Shown here piece after piece: positions 24,142 through 34,900 of a DNA stretch of 64,000 bases (within the stretch, counting starts at the first letter, position 1; each line of letters begins with the position of its first letter). The stretch covers positions 248,001 to 312,000 of the forward strand of contig ML996707.1 in the NCBI GenBank assembly GCA_010356995.1. Direction: 5' to 3'. The translations under genes were made by a program, and so were the position numbers. The stretch is from Trichodelitschia bisporula. Its lineage: Eukaryota. The notes beneath the pieces were generated by a model, which searched no databases, was not told the origin of the DNA, and saw nothing but the letters and a program-made list of their open reading frames with translations.

Positions 24142-26433
24142 GTGTGGGATTGCGGGACGGCGGGGTCACGGGATGACGATGGAGTCGGGTGGGGAGTGGA
24201 TGGGATGAGGGGCTTAGGCCGGACCCGGATGGCGGCTTAGCATTGTGAATACTCGTGCCGTAGGGCTCCGGGGTGGATCTGGGCGTTAATATACGATGGG
24301 GCGCCGAGCGTAAGGCTGAGGGTTAGAGTAGATTGTCTGCGACGTCAAATCTCTTTTCGTTTTGGCGATGGAGTTGCTGAAATGTGTGATGTGCGAATGT
24401 GTGACGCACGATGATTCGAATCCGGAGCCAGGCTTGCTCGGGTTTGAACTGAATACGACAAAGTTGCCAGAAGCGGCGAAGATATGTAGCCAGTTGTGCC
24501 AATGTGCGAGCGTCGATATGCGGCCTGCTGCGGCAAGCGAAGGGGTGGGGCGGACTTTGGTGGAGGCTGAGCTGCGTCGTCTTTTCACGAGGCGATAAGT
24601 GACTGGCTGCCCGCTGGGAAGTGTCGGCATAATGGCATCTCGAACCTCCGATGTTTGCTGGGGGGCTAGATGCTGGCCCCTCTTAAGATGCGGTAAGCGG
24701 GGAGGGGGTCGGCATGGTGTGAGGGGGTGCGCGTGGTGAAGGGAAAGGAAGATTGGGCAGGTCCGCGCTGTCTGGAGGAGTGGGTTCCTTGGTGATAGGC
24801 CTGGATTCGAGGCTGAATGATGATGCTGGTGAGAAGGGATGCTGAAAGCAGATGTGATTACGCCGTCACCGCCCTGCCTCATATCCTCCCTTTCTTTCTC
24901 ATACCATTTCCCGAATCTCTTCAGCGATGTGGATGTTCGCCATCGTCAGATTGTTCCTCACCACCGTCAGCATCTTATCCCCATTGTCAGGATCTTAATC
25001 CACAATCTCCCTCCTCCAGCTAAAAATACGGGCGGGGCCAAACCAGTCAAGTTACTCAAGCCTATTCTCACCCATCCACTCTCTGTGACACTACTGTACT
25101 GCGCAGTTAGCGTTCCCGCTCCGCTTCCCCTCTTGCCGTGAAGCCATCGTCGCCCAAGAGCCACGCCAAAAATTCACAGCCGCCCTCCCCCGGTTGCCTT
25201 TGCCTATTCCACAGCAAAAGCCAGGGCGGGGAACCGGCCACGACTTTTTCAGGTAGAACATGATCTTCCCCTCCCACATCCCCCGCACCTCCCACCAACC
25301 CCTCCTTCGTCCTCCACCTCCCACGTCCCATCTCCGCCTCTTTCAGCAAGAAAGTCAAGCGAAACCGAGAAAACAGGCTCAGACCATCTGCTCCACTCCC
25401 ACCCCCCCCTCCCCTCTAGTCGCACCACTCCCAGCTCGCCATTTTTGCTGCACGGCAGCCCGCCCAGCCCCATGCCTTACTGCTGGGCCAAGTCCGGCCT
25501 TGCTTTGTGCTGCTGGAGGGAAGTGATAATGGTGGATGTGGGCATTGGCGTTCGTGCGTTAGAAGGCGGTGACCAGGGAGTTGAGGGAGGGAGGCTGAGC
25601 AACGGAGCAGGACAAACGAGTCGTAAACCAACGGAGGATAGTACATTTATCTCTAGGTGCGGCGACCTTCATTCCTACGGGATAAGCGTACTTTGGTGAG
25701 TAAGGTACGGTCGCTTCATGTGGCAGGAATGTTCTTTCGTTGCTGCGATAGAGGACTTCATTCATTGTACTCGTATATACACCGTAGACTCCATCTTTCT
25801 AGTGATACTCCGTACAAAGGCTTACCGCAGCGCATTAGACCCGCTTTTCCTACGTCCTATCCACTGGGCAGTGAGCTCTTTGCCGCTACGCGGTAAACAT
25901 CGCTTGAGGCCAGCAGTTTGACTGGGCGATGGCCGGCGCTGCGGTGACCGGGGTGCATGTGGCAGGGCACAGCAACCATCGGGAACAAACCCAGCCAAAC
26001 TCTACGAGTATCTCTCCTTCTCGGATCTCCTCCTCCCAACCTCTTACCAACTTCTACGCAAATCATCCCAAAGGACGAGAGAGAGGTTGGATGGTCGCTA
26101 AGTCGCCGTAGTGACCTTTATCTCTCGCTAACACATCACACTTCACTCCACACCAGCTGTGTGCAAGTGCTTTGCACATTATCACTTCCCAACAAACACC
26201 CCATCTGTCTCTCACACCTTGATCCGTGGTCAGTGCAGAAGCCGCTGCACAATTGCCTTCACTTTGACGTTATCGCTCCGACCCCTCGGCAAGGGGAAGA
26301 AACGCGTCTCAGCACGGCGCCGCTAGCCTTCGAGCACGCTCTTGCTCCGCTTCCTCCCCTCCCTCTCTCATCACCACTCTCACAACCACCGCCCAACCCC
26401 GACTTCCTTCGTCCCATCCGCCAAATCGCCAGC

Positions 26434-27315
26434 ATGGCACCACAGAGACTCAACAACATCCTCACCAGCCCTCTCCCTTGGGTATCCAGCCGAACCGGCG
26501 TCCCGACCTCAACCTACGCCGACGACGGCGGCCAAGGCGCCTCAACGTCGACCACAGCCTACGGCAACAGCGCCAAAACCCCCACAACCACCTCAACCAA
26601 TGCCCACAATTCGCCCACGGCAACCGACGGTTACTCCGTCGGGCAACACACCACGATCCCACAATCCGACCGCGACAAACCGAGTCACACAAGCCTGGCC
26701 CTTCCAAATGGCGCCCCAGGGCCGCATGACCCAAAGCCAGAGAAGTTCATCATCGCAGCCGTCGTGGGCGCCCTGATGGTCGCCCTTTTCTTTGGGGCCT
26801 TCTTCTTCATGCGTAAGCAGCGGCGTCGCAAGGCCGCCAGTCCCGACCCGCAGATGGCGCAGAAGCCTGCCCCGACCACGGGCACACGCCACGAAGCCGC
26901 GTTCCTGATTCCCACCGCCACCGGCCCGCTTTCCCCGACCTCCAGCCAGCCTAGCGCGCGCTCGGCTCGCACGCTCGTCCCCCCGCCCGCCGCCGCTGCT
27001 GGAGCCGCCAGTGTGTCTCAGCATGTCGTACTTAGCGACTCGATGATAGGTTTCAACTCGGGGCTGGACACGTCGGACCACATCAGTCTGCAGGACGAGA
27101 CGCCTGCCGCACCAGCCGCTTCTGCCGATCCGTTTGCAGACCCGTTCGATCCGGATGCGCCGCCGCCGCCGTACCGCCCGAGCAGCCTGCCGTCGCTTTC
27201 GCGACATGGCAGTAGTGCGCGGGCGTCGCTTGTGAGCCGAAGCGATAGTCGAGCGACGGCGCGGGGGACGGCGATGCGGGAGTTGCGGAGTCCATTTGAG
27301 GATCCTGAGGTTTGA
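26434..27315 (+). CDS. Single-pass membrane protein with an S/T-rich N-terminus and a cytoplasmic PPPPY motif (C-terminus possibly extends to 27403 in the +1 frame)
   Basis: TM FIIAAVVGALMVALFFGAFFFM followed by RKQRRRK; DPFADP, PPPPY and SPFEDP motifs. An in-frame ATG at 25957 exists but 26434 looks more likely. Confidence 0.78.
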   Translation: MAPQRLNNILTSPLPWVSSRTGVPTSTYADDGGQGASTSTTAYGNSAKTPTTTSTNAHNSPTATDGYSVGQHTTIPQSDRDKPSHTSLALPNGAPGPHDPKPEKFIIAAVVGALMVALFFGAFFFMRKQRRRKAASPDPQMAQKPAPTTGTRHEAAFLIPTATGPLSPTSSQPSARSARTLVPPPAAAAGAASVSQHVVLSDSMIGFNSGLDTSDHISLQDETPAAPAASADPFADPFDPDAPPPPYRPSSLPSLSRHGSSARASLVSRSDSRATARGTAMRELRSPFEDPEV

Positions 27316-28077
27316 GGAGGAGGTTGGGTGGAGCTTGGCGGAGCGGTCCGAGGTGTCGGAGTTGAGTTATCAGCAGCCTGGGTCGGGGGCTGAGACGCCG
27401 TAGCCTATGGCTTAGGGCTTGCGGGTTTGCATGGTGCGTTTTCGTGTTTTTGACTTGCGTGCGGATTCATGGGTTTGGCGTTGGCGTGTTTTTGGATGTG
27501 CGATGTCCGTCGAGATGCGAGATTGGGTAAAATGTGCCCCCTTCTTTGACTGGCTGTTTTGTCTTGGGTTTCGGGTTTGGGAGGGGGATGTGGTTTGTAG
27601 GGGGACGGCGTGCTACGCGCCTTACAGAGGCCATACACGGTAACTCTAATTTACAGGAACTAGGAACGATGGGCACGGATCTTGGGCCGCGCAAGTCATG
27701 TGAACTATGGGCAGACGATTCGGCAATTTCACACTCTCGGGGAAGAGAAATCCTTGCTTATTGCTGCTGCAGAGCGACCGACGTGCCACTGCCACCCGCC
27801 CCCCCGTGATCGGCCACCGTGACGTTTTTACGTGATCCACCAACCCCGCTCCGCCTGCTTCGGACCAAACGAGATGAGTGTAGCCAAGGGAATCGGATGA
27901 CCGGCCGGGTCGAGGCATACCCGAGTGCGTGGGAACCCGTCGACTATTCCCCGTCCCTGTGCGCCCCCTTTGACGACGAGCGATAAGATATCGGGAATGG
28001 GGTTGAGCCGAAGGCGGCGACGACGGTTAACGGTGCTGCTAAGGCGAAGCGTCAAAGCTAGCTCGATCACCGCACCC

Positions 28078-28556
28078 CGAATCCCCGTGCCGATCTCCCA
28101 GATATCAGGGCCGGGGCCGGGGTGGAAGATTCAATATCCTATACGAGGACGGATGATTGAGCGCTTTACTTAGGATGGGGCGGTGGGACAGAGGGAAGAT
28201 GGGGTCCGGTATCGCGATGGGACGACGGGACGTACCTTCCTCACTCCAGAACGGTCCAAGTTTGAGGTTTCAGCCGTGAAGTAGGAGCGATGGAGATGTC
28301 AAGAGTATGGCATCACGACAGCACGACGGCAGCAGGAACGATTCAGCACTTAGGGTAAGGGCTCCCGGAAAGATCGTACCCGTCGCCATCCGCTACTCGG
28401 CTAGGATATTTCGGTACCTTGGTCCTCCGCCAAACTCGCTCACGTTATATTTCGGGTGCCTGAATCCCCGTGTCGATCACTTGGAATCGGGGCTGGGACG
28501 GGAGATCCAATATCCCATACGAGTCCGTGTGATGGGCCGCTTTTTTTGGCATGGCG
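28078..28556. repeat. Diverged ~95-bp direct repeat (28078-28180 and 28461-28556) upstream of the Bys1-like gene
   Basis: Collinear shared blocks GAATCCCCGTG[C/T]CGATC, AGAT[T/C]CAATATCC[T/C]ATACGAG, TGAT and CGCTTT. Confidence 0.8.
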
Positions 28557-28770
28557 AGTGTAAGGTGGTGGCTGTATCGTGAGTTTGGGGTCTGGTCGGG
28601 AAGAAGAGGCGAGGATGGAGGTATAAAGGGGACGGGGGAGCGGTGGACAGTGGCAGCAGCAACTGCTTCAGCTTCCTCGTTCAACCTCCCTCACTACATC
28701 TCAGCCAAGTTCTATCATCACCTCTTACCAACCACCCTCACCACAACCACCACCACCACCACCCTCGAAA

Positions 28771-29256
28771 ATGCACTTCCCGCTCCCCACCCTCCTCCTC
28801 CTCCTCCCCACCCTCGCCCTCACCTCCCCTACGCGCCGCGCCCCCGCAAACGCCATCATCGCCAACCACTGCCCATTCCCCGTCACCGTCTACCCAGTCG
28901 GGTCGTCCGTCGGCCCCGCCACCACCCTCCCAGCAAACACCGGGCTCTACTCCGAGCCCCTCCAGCGGGACGCCGCAACGGGCGGGCGAGCACTTAAAAT
29001 CGTGTCTGCCCCGGCGGACCTCTACACGGCCGGCAAGGCGCAGACGGTTTTCGAGTACAACCTGGCGGGCGATGGGAATGTGTGGTATGACCTCAGTGAT
29101 GTGTTTGGGGATCTGTTTGCGGGGTATAAGCTTGTGGAGGGGAGTAGGGATGCGAGTTGTGGGAGTGTTGTGTGGCCCCAGGGGGTGAATCCGGGGGGGA
29201 GTCAGGTTCGGGAGTGTGGGGAGGGCAGTGATGTTGTGCTTGATCTTTGTGCGTAG
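28771..29256 (+). CDS. Secreted Bys1-family protein (Blastomyces yeast-phase-specific / thaumatin-like)
   Basis: Signal peptide; NAIIANHCPFPV...VGSSVGP, GGRALKI, QTVFEYNL, VWYDLSDVFGD, C-terminal LDLCA; TATAAA at about 28622. Confidence 0.9.
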   Translation: MHFPLPTLLLLLPTLALTSPTRRAPANAIIANHCPFPVTVYPVGSSVGPATTLPANTGLYSEPLQRDAATGGRALKIVSAPADLYTAGKAQTVFEYNLAGDGNVWYDLSDVFGDLFAGYKLVEGSRDASCGSVVWPQGVNPGGSQVRECGEGSDVVLDLCA

Positions 29257-29464
29257 GGGTGAGGGGGGAGGATGAGGAGAAGGGGGAGAGAGGAGAAATA
29301 GGGGTATCATGGAGGAGGTTGCGCAAAATGGTCCGCTCCCAGTTGTATATAATCTAATCGTAATTCATTGTGGCTTCGACATCGCCTTGTCACATCAGGG
29401 AGAGAGAACGGTCAACCGAATTGTATTCCTATATGCCAGCTACCTACTCACCCACTCCTCCCCC

Positions 29465-31176
29465 TTAATAGTGCCCCTGCAGCGTCAGAACCCCCGATTT
29501 CTCAATCAAATACTCCCCAATCGCAACATCCTTCCCACTCTCCTTCCCATACCCACTCATCTTAATCCCCCCAAACGGCACCTCCGCCGCGCTCATAGCC
29601 CCCGTATTCATCCCAATCTGCCCCGCCTCCAGATTCTCCAGTAGTCTCCACGCACGATCTATATTCTTCGTGAAGAAGTAACTGGCGAGGCCCATACTCG
29701 TCGCATTCGCCCGCTCCACCACTTCCTCCTCTGTCTCGAACTTGAACAGCGCCGCGATAGGCGCAAACTGCTCCTCCTTAGCTAGCAACAGCTCGTCATG
29801 CGCATCTGCAATGACGGTCGGCTCGAAGAAATACCCCCCCTCCGAGCTGCCCTTTTTCCCACCGACCACGACGCGGGCTCCGTTCTTGACGGCGTCGTCG
29901 ACGTGTGAGACGGCTTTGTCGACGCCCTGCGGCGTGGTCAGCGGGCCCATCGTCGTGCCCTCCGTGGCGCCGTGGCCGGTTTTGAGTGCTGACGCGCGCT
30001 TGGCCAGCAGTTCGGCGAACTTGTCGTACACGCCTGCTTGCACGAAGATTCGGTTCGCGGTGATGCAGGTCTGGCCCGCGTGCCGCCATTTGAGAAGAGT
30101 GAGGGCTGGGGAGGAGAGAGGTTAGTGGTTGCTTGATAGGGGGGAGGAGGCGGATCCTACCATCGGCAGCCTGCTCCAGATCCGCGTCGTCGAAGATCAA
30201 GAACGGACTATTCCCCCCAAGTTCAAGCGTCAACTTCTTCAGCCCATCCGCGCACAGCTTGGCCACCAGCTTGCCAACACGCGTCTATCCCCATTAGCCC
30301 TCATCCCAACCCACCCCCGACGCACTCACCGATCCCGTAAACGTAACCTTCTTCACCAACTCATGCCTACACAACTCCTCGCTCAAGCTAGGCGTATTCT
30401 CCAAATCCGTCGTCAAAACATTAAACACCCCCGCCGGAAACCCCGCCTCTTCCGCCAACACCGCAAGCGCAAGCGCAGAAAGCGGCGTCTCAGGGGACGG
30501 CTTAACGACCATGGTGCACCCCGCCGCAAACGCCGCCGCACACTTCCTCAGCACCATCGCCACGGGAAAATTCCACGGCACCAAAGCAGCGGCTACGCCA
30601 ATCGGCTGCTTGACCGTAACCAGCCTGCGCCCCGGAATAGACGTGGGATTCACGCTCCCAACCACACGCTCCGCCTCCCCCGCAAACCACCACGTAAACC
30701 CAGCGGAGTACTCAATCTCGCCCTTGGCTTCCGTAAGCGGCTTCCCCGTTTCATGGGTCACGATGCGGGCGAGGTCGGTTGCATGAGCGCGGATCAAGCC
30801 GTCCCATTTGAGGAGCAACTGCGCGCGGTGGCGCGGGGTCGTTTTCTTCCAGGACTGGAATGCTGTGTGTGCGGCTTGGACGGCTTCGTCGACGTCGGCG
30901 GGGCCGTTGGCTGGGGCGGAGGCCCATGGTTTGCCGGTGCCGGGGTCTGGGGTGGGTTAGGGGTGAGTTGGTAAGCTAAGGGGGTGGGGAGGGGGAAGGA
31001 CCGTAGATATCAAATGTCTTGCCGCTTTTTGCGGCGACCCATTTCCCGTTCACGTAGGACTTGTCTCGGAAGAGGGATTCGTTGTCGAGCTATGGGGGAG
31101 GAGGGCGGGTTAGCGCTGATGTCTCCAGTGCGAGGGGAAGGGGAGGTGGTACCTTAAACGGCAGAGAAGGCGCCAT
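29465..31176 (-). CDS. UGA2: Succinate-semialdehyde dehydrogenase (multi-exon)
   Basis: [41 protein letters not shown], catalytic [31 protein letters not shown]. Confidence 0.93.
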
Positions 31177-31277
31177 ATTCAACAACGTCTGGTATACTAA
31201 AAGTTTAAGGAGCTTGAAGGAGCTTACATCTCGAAGGCGGAGCTCCTGGCTCTTATATCCATAGGCAGTCCCGCGGC

Positions 31278-31428
31278 GATAAGCTCACTACCCGACCATG
31301 AAAAGCAACCCCGCAGCACGTAGCACGTAGCGCGCGTTCACAAGCGCGCAAGTGCTTATTCCCACCCCGCCTATCCCCGCGCATCGGTAGACGTTACTCG
31401 CGCGCGGGGCTCTGTTTCCTGACCCCGC
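31278..31428. promoter_or_regulatory. Cluster of five GCGGGG (CreA/Mig1-type SYGGRG) sites plus a GATAAG upstream of UGA2
   Basis: CCCCGC at 31309, 31365, 31375, 31423; GCGGGG at 31404; GATAAG at 31278. Confidence 0.45.
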
Positions 31429-31932
31429 TGCCGATCACCGACCATGCGCGGCCTGATATGGTCATGATGTCAATATCCGACTTTTGCTCGTGCTGAGTGT
31501 TGGATGACAGGCCGCTGCACGCCGTGACTTTTTACCCGTGGGCAGGTTAGATCCGCGGTGTTACTGCCACATGAGAGCGGGCAGGGCGGTACCTCCATTT
31601 CCTCGAGCCGCTTTACCATCAAAAATGTCTAGTGCTAGCACTGGTTGGAATGCTTAATGAAGCTTGCGGAGTGCAATTCACGAACTTACCATTCGACAAG
31701 AGTGTGCTGCCCCGGAGCGCTCTCGATCTCCATGATCGACAGATGCACATATCCCAAGCCACCTAGAACTAACCGGGACATCTCGTCCCAATCAGGAAAC
31801 TAGAAGCATCATAAAACTCTCCACACCACAGCAAAACAGGCTTACGCCCTTAAACAAAACAGCAGGCAATGCATTACTCAAACCCCTCCACCATGGCCCA
31901 AAAATCATAACTCATACAAAAGCCCCTCCCAT

Positions 31933-34900
31933 TTATGCCGCCCCATAATGCCCCGGAACATTCCCCGCAAAATTCATATAATCCAACGCCTCCTTCGGCC
32001 ACTCCTCCCCTTCCCCACTCGCACCACCCCCACTAGAACTAGCCCCCATCCCACTCGCCCTCGGCGTCTCAACCGGACTCATCGACTCCCTCCTAACCTG
32101 ACTCGGCAAACCCCATAAATTCTGCGCCGGCGCGAGAGCGCCCGGCCCCTCCCCCTCCCGTTGCGCCGCCGAAACGGCTAGCTGCACATACGGCTTGCTC
32201 GTGTACGTCGGCTCCGGGGGTGCCGCGCTATGCGCCCGGCCCTGCGATCCCGGCGCCGCAAGTCCGGTGCCATTACCACCGCCGAACGGGTTCGCGGCCA
32301 TCAATTCGCTGGCATACGGGTTGGCCAGCGGGTCGATGGGCGAGTAGTGCAGCGGGTCGCCGAAGCCGAAGTCAATATCGCCGCCATTGCCCACGCCACC
32401 ATGCCGCACGCCTGTTGGAGTCACATCGTCGTGGTACGAGTTGTCGTAGATGGAGCGCTCGTCGTGGGTCGGGAGTTCGGGGATTTGGAGGGGCGCGGGG
32501 AGTTCGACGGCTAGGGAGTTGGATTCGGCGAGGACTTGTTGCGCGGGGGTGGGGTGGGGTGCTTCTGCAGCTTTCGGCGGCGAGGGCTGCAGCCCGGGGG
32601 GTGGGGTTGCGTGCTGCAGCGGGATGACTGGTGGTGGTAGGCCGCCCGTCATGCTTGTGCTCACGCTGCCCGAGCGACGCCCGCCAGCGGCGCGGCTGGG
32701 CGCCTGCTGCTTGGCTTGCGAGCGCTCCTCTGCGATGCCGGGGAAGCCGTCGTCCGTCTCGCGGATGGCGAATTGCGCGGCTATGGTCTGCATCTTGCGT
32801 GTTACCCATCCGGCAAGGATCTTGCCGCGCTGCTTCTCGCCCAGGCGAGAGCGGGGGAAGTCGCCTTTGGACACGAAGGCCACGATGTCGACTACGAGCT
32901 GGTGCTGGTTGAGGACCGTGTTGACGATGACGGGCACAATGCTGGCGAGGAAGTTCTTGCGCAGGATTTCGACTAGTACTACTACGAGGCCGCCGGCTTG
33001 GAAGACGGCGCTGGAAAGGTCAGTTGAGTCGAGGCTAGAAGTGAGAGAGTCTTACCATCCGCCGGATGCGATGTTCCGGTGGCACCGCTCGACGCTCGCT
33101 TCGATGTCCATGGGGAAATGAAGCAGCCCGTTGACCTCAAACGTCTCGCCAATGCTGCCCAGCACGAACAAGATTTGCATCTCGACAAGATTGCCACCAG
33201 GGCCAATTGGCCTGTTGACCGTATGCAAGAAGCCCAGATCGCCAGTGCGCATCCATTTCACGCCGGGATCGCCATCGATGGTGCGGCCGTTGAACCGCTC
33301 CTTATCGAAGATATCTTTGCTTCCGTAGAATCCGGTAACGTTGGCTTCGCTTTGCACCCAGATTTCGCCATACTCGCCGGCATAGCACAGGCGGTTCGTC
33401 TCCGGATTCACGATGCTGATCTGAGTCGAAACCGGCACCATGCCTGAATCCTGGATGAGCAGCGCCTGTGAGTCTGAGTCGGGATGGACCGCCACGATCA
33501 GACCGCGGCGCAGTGCATCCCGATCAAGCCAGAGCTCGATCGGTTCTATGCACATGTAAGAGCGCGACGCGACCATCGGGTTGAGCACGTGGGAGTATAT
33601 CGTATTGATAGCAGTGCGATCCAATCCCGCAGCAGAGAAATGGAGGCGAACCTTCTGGTCTGGAAAAGGTCAGTAAAGTTCTCACCCTGACAAGCTAGCA
33701 ACTTACAAACATCCACCCTCGGCCTGCCGTCCGTTGTGATCATCAAATTCTTCAGCTCATGAAGCCCCATGGACTTGCCCGCAGCCTGCGCCATGGCATA
33801 GTCCAACATCTGACTCGTAGCATATGTGTCCTTGATCTTGTACCGGCTGAGCGTTTGGAAAAGCACATTCGGGTTTTGCGAGAAATCCACCGGCGACACA
33901 AGGTACGTTGGCGAAGACAGGAAGATGCCCATGAGGCACGTGTGCACAAACCCCAGACCCACGGTACTCCGCACGCAGCCCAGAATGGGCCGCATACTGG
34001 TCATTTGGCACGTCTCCTTCTGCACCTTGCAAACCGCCATAATCGTATCGTGGCCCAACTGTACCGCAATGCGCCGCTGATCCGGAGTCCAGTACACCCA
34101 GATCAGCACAGGATTACCATGCTGGACCCATTGCGGGCGGATAGTAAGTCCAAGGTCGCGACATCCGTGTTTATCCTTCCCCGGTTTGGTGGTGTTGTAG
34201 ATGCCGGGTAGGTTGACACGGAGTATGACGGCGGACTGCTTCAGGTGCTGCGAGACCGGCTTGAGCTTCAGGACGGCATCGACGTCGTGGTTGACCAGGA
34301 TAGCTTTGACCTTGAAATCAGCTACGATGTGGAGCAGCGCTGGCGCATCCTCGTTTAGCCGGTTCTGGTCCACGGGAGCCATGGGAATCAGGACGGCGCC
34401 GAGGCAGAAGCACGCATGTACTGCGTAGACGAAGTCCTCGGAATGTGTGTACATCAGCACGATGTGGTCGCCCGGCTGCACCTTGGCCTTGTTCTTCAGA
34501 TACAAGGCCACGGCGGCGACCTTTTGGTCAAACTTCTTCCAGTTGACACCCTTGCCCTCTTTACCTCGGCCATCGATGGAGCAATACGCCAGTTCTTCGC
34601 TCTGTCGTGAGACGCGCCATTGCATGAGATCGTGGATGTTGGAGAACTGGTTCAGAGGAGTTGCGGTCCTGTCGTCCATGACAACCTCGCGATAATCAAC
34701 GCCAGAGTACTGCTTGTCGTTTTCATAGAGCATAACCTGCCGCCCTTGCGAAGCAAGTGGCGACCAAATACCGCCGCCCGGGTCCGTCCCAATCGGCAGA
34801 TTCTGTACCGCTCGTTCAATGCCGAATTTGACGTGTACGCATGCCAGAGTTCCGCTGTCAAACTCCTTACGGCAAAGCATATTGCCGATCTCTCTCCTCC

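Noticed and set aside
24817..24870. ATGATGA...CTGA...GTGATTA as a C/D snoRNA (similar motifs at about 12333 and 31465)
   Set aside because: No terminal D box at a plausible distance and no recognisable rRNA guide.
25957..26433. 159-codon N-terminal extension of the TM/PY protein
   Set aside because: It is C-rich leader-like sequence that is naturally poor in stops; no signal peptide or motif. Not excluded without TSS data.
17477..31176. Polyamine oxidase plus SSADH as a polyamine/GABA catabolic cluster
   Set aside because: They are 10 kb apart with unrelated genes between them, and there is no transaminase, permease or regulator.
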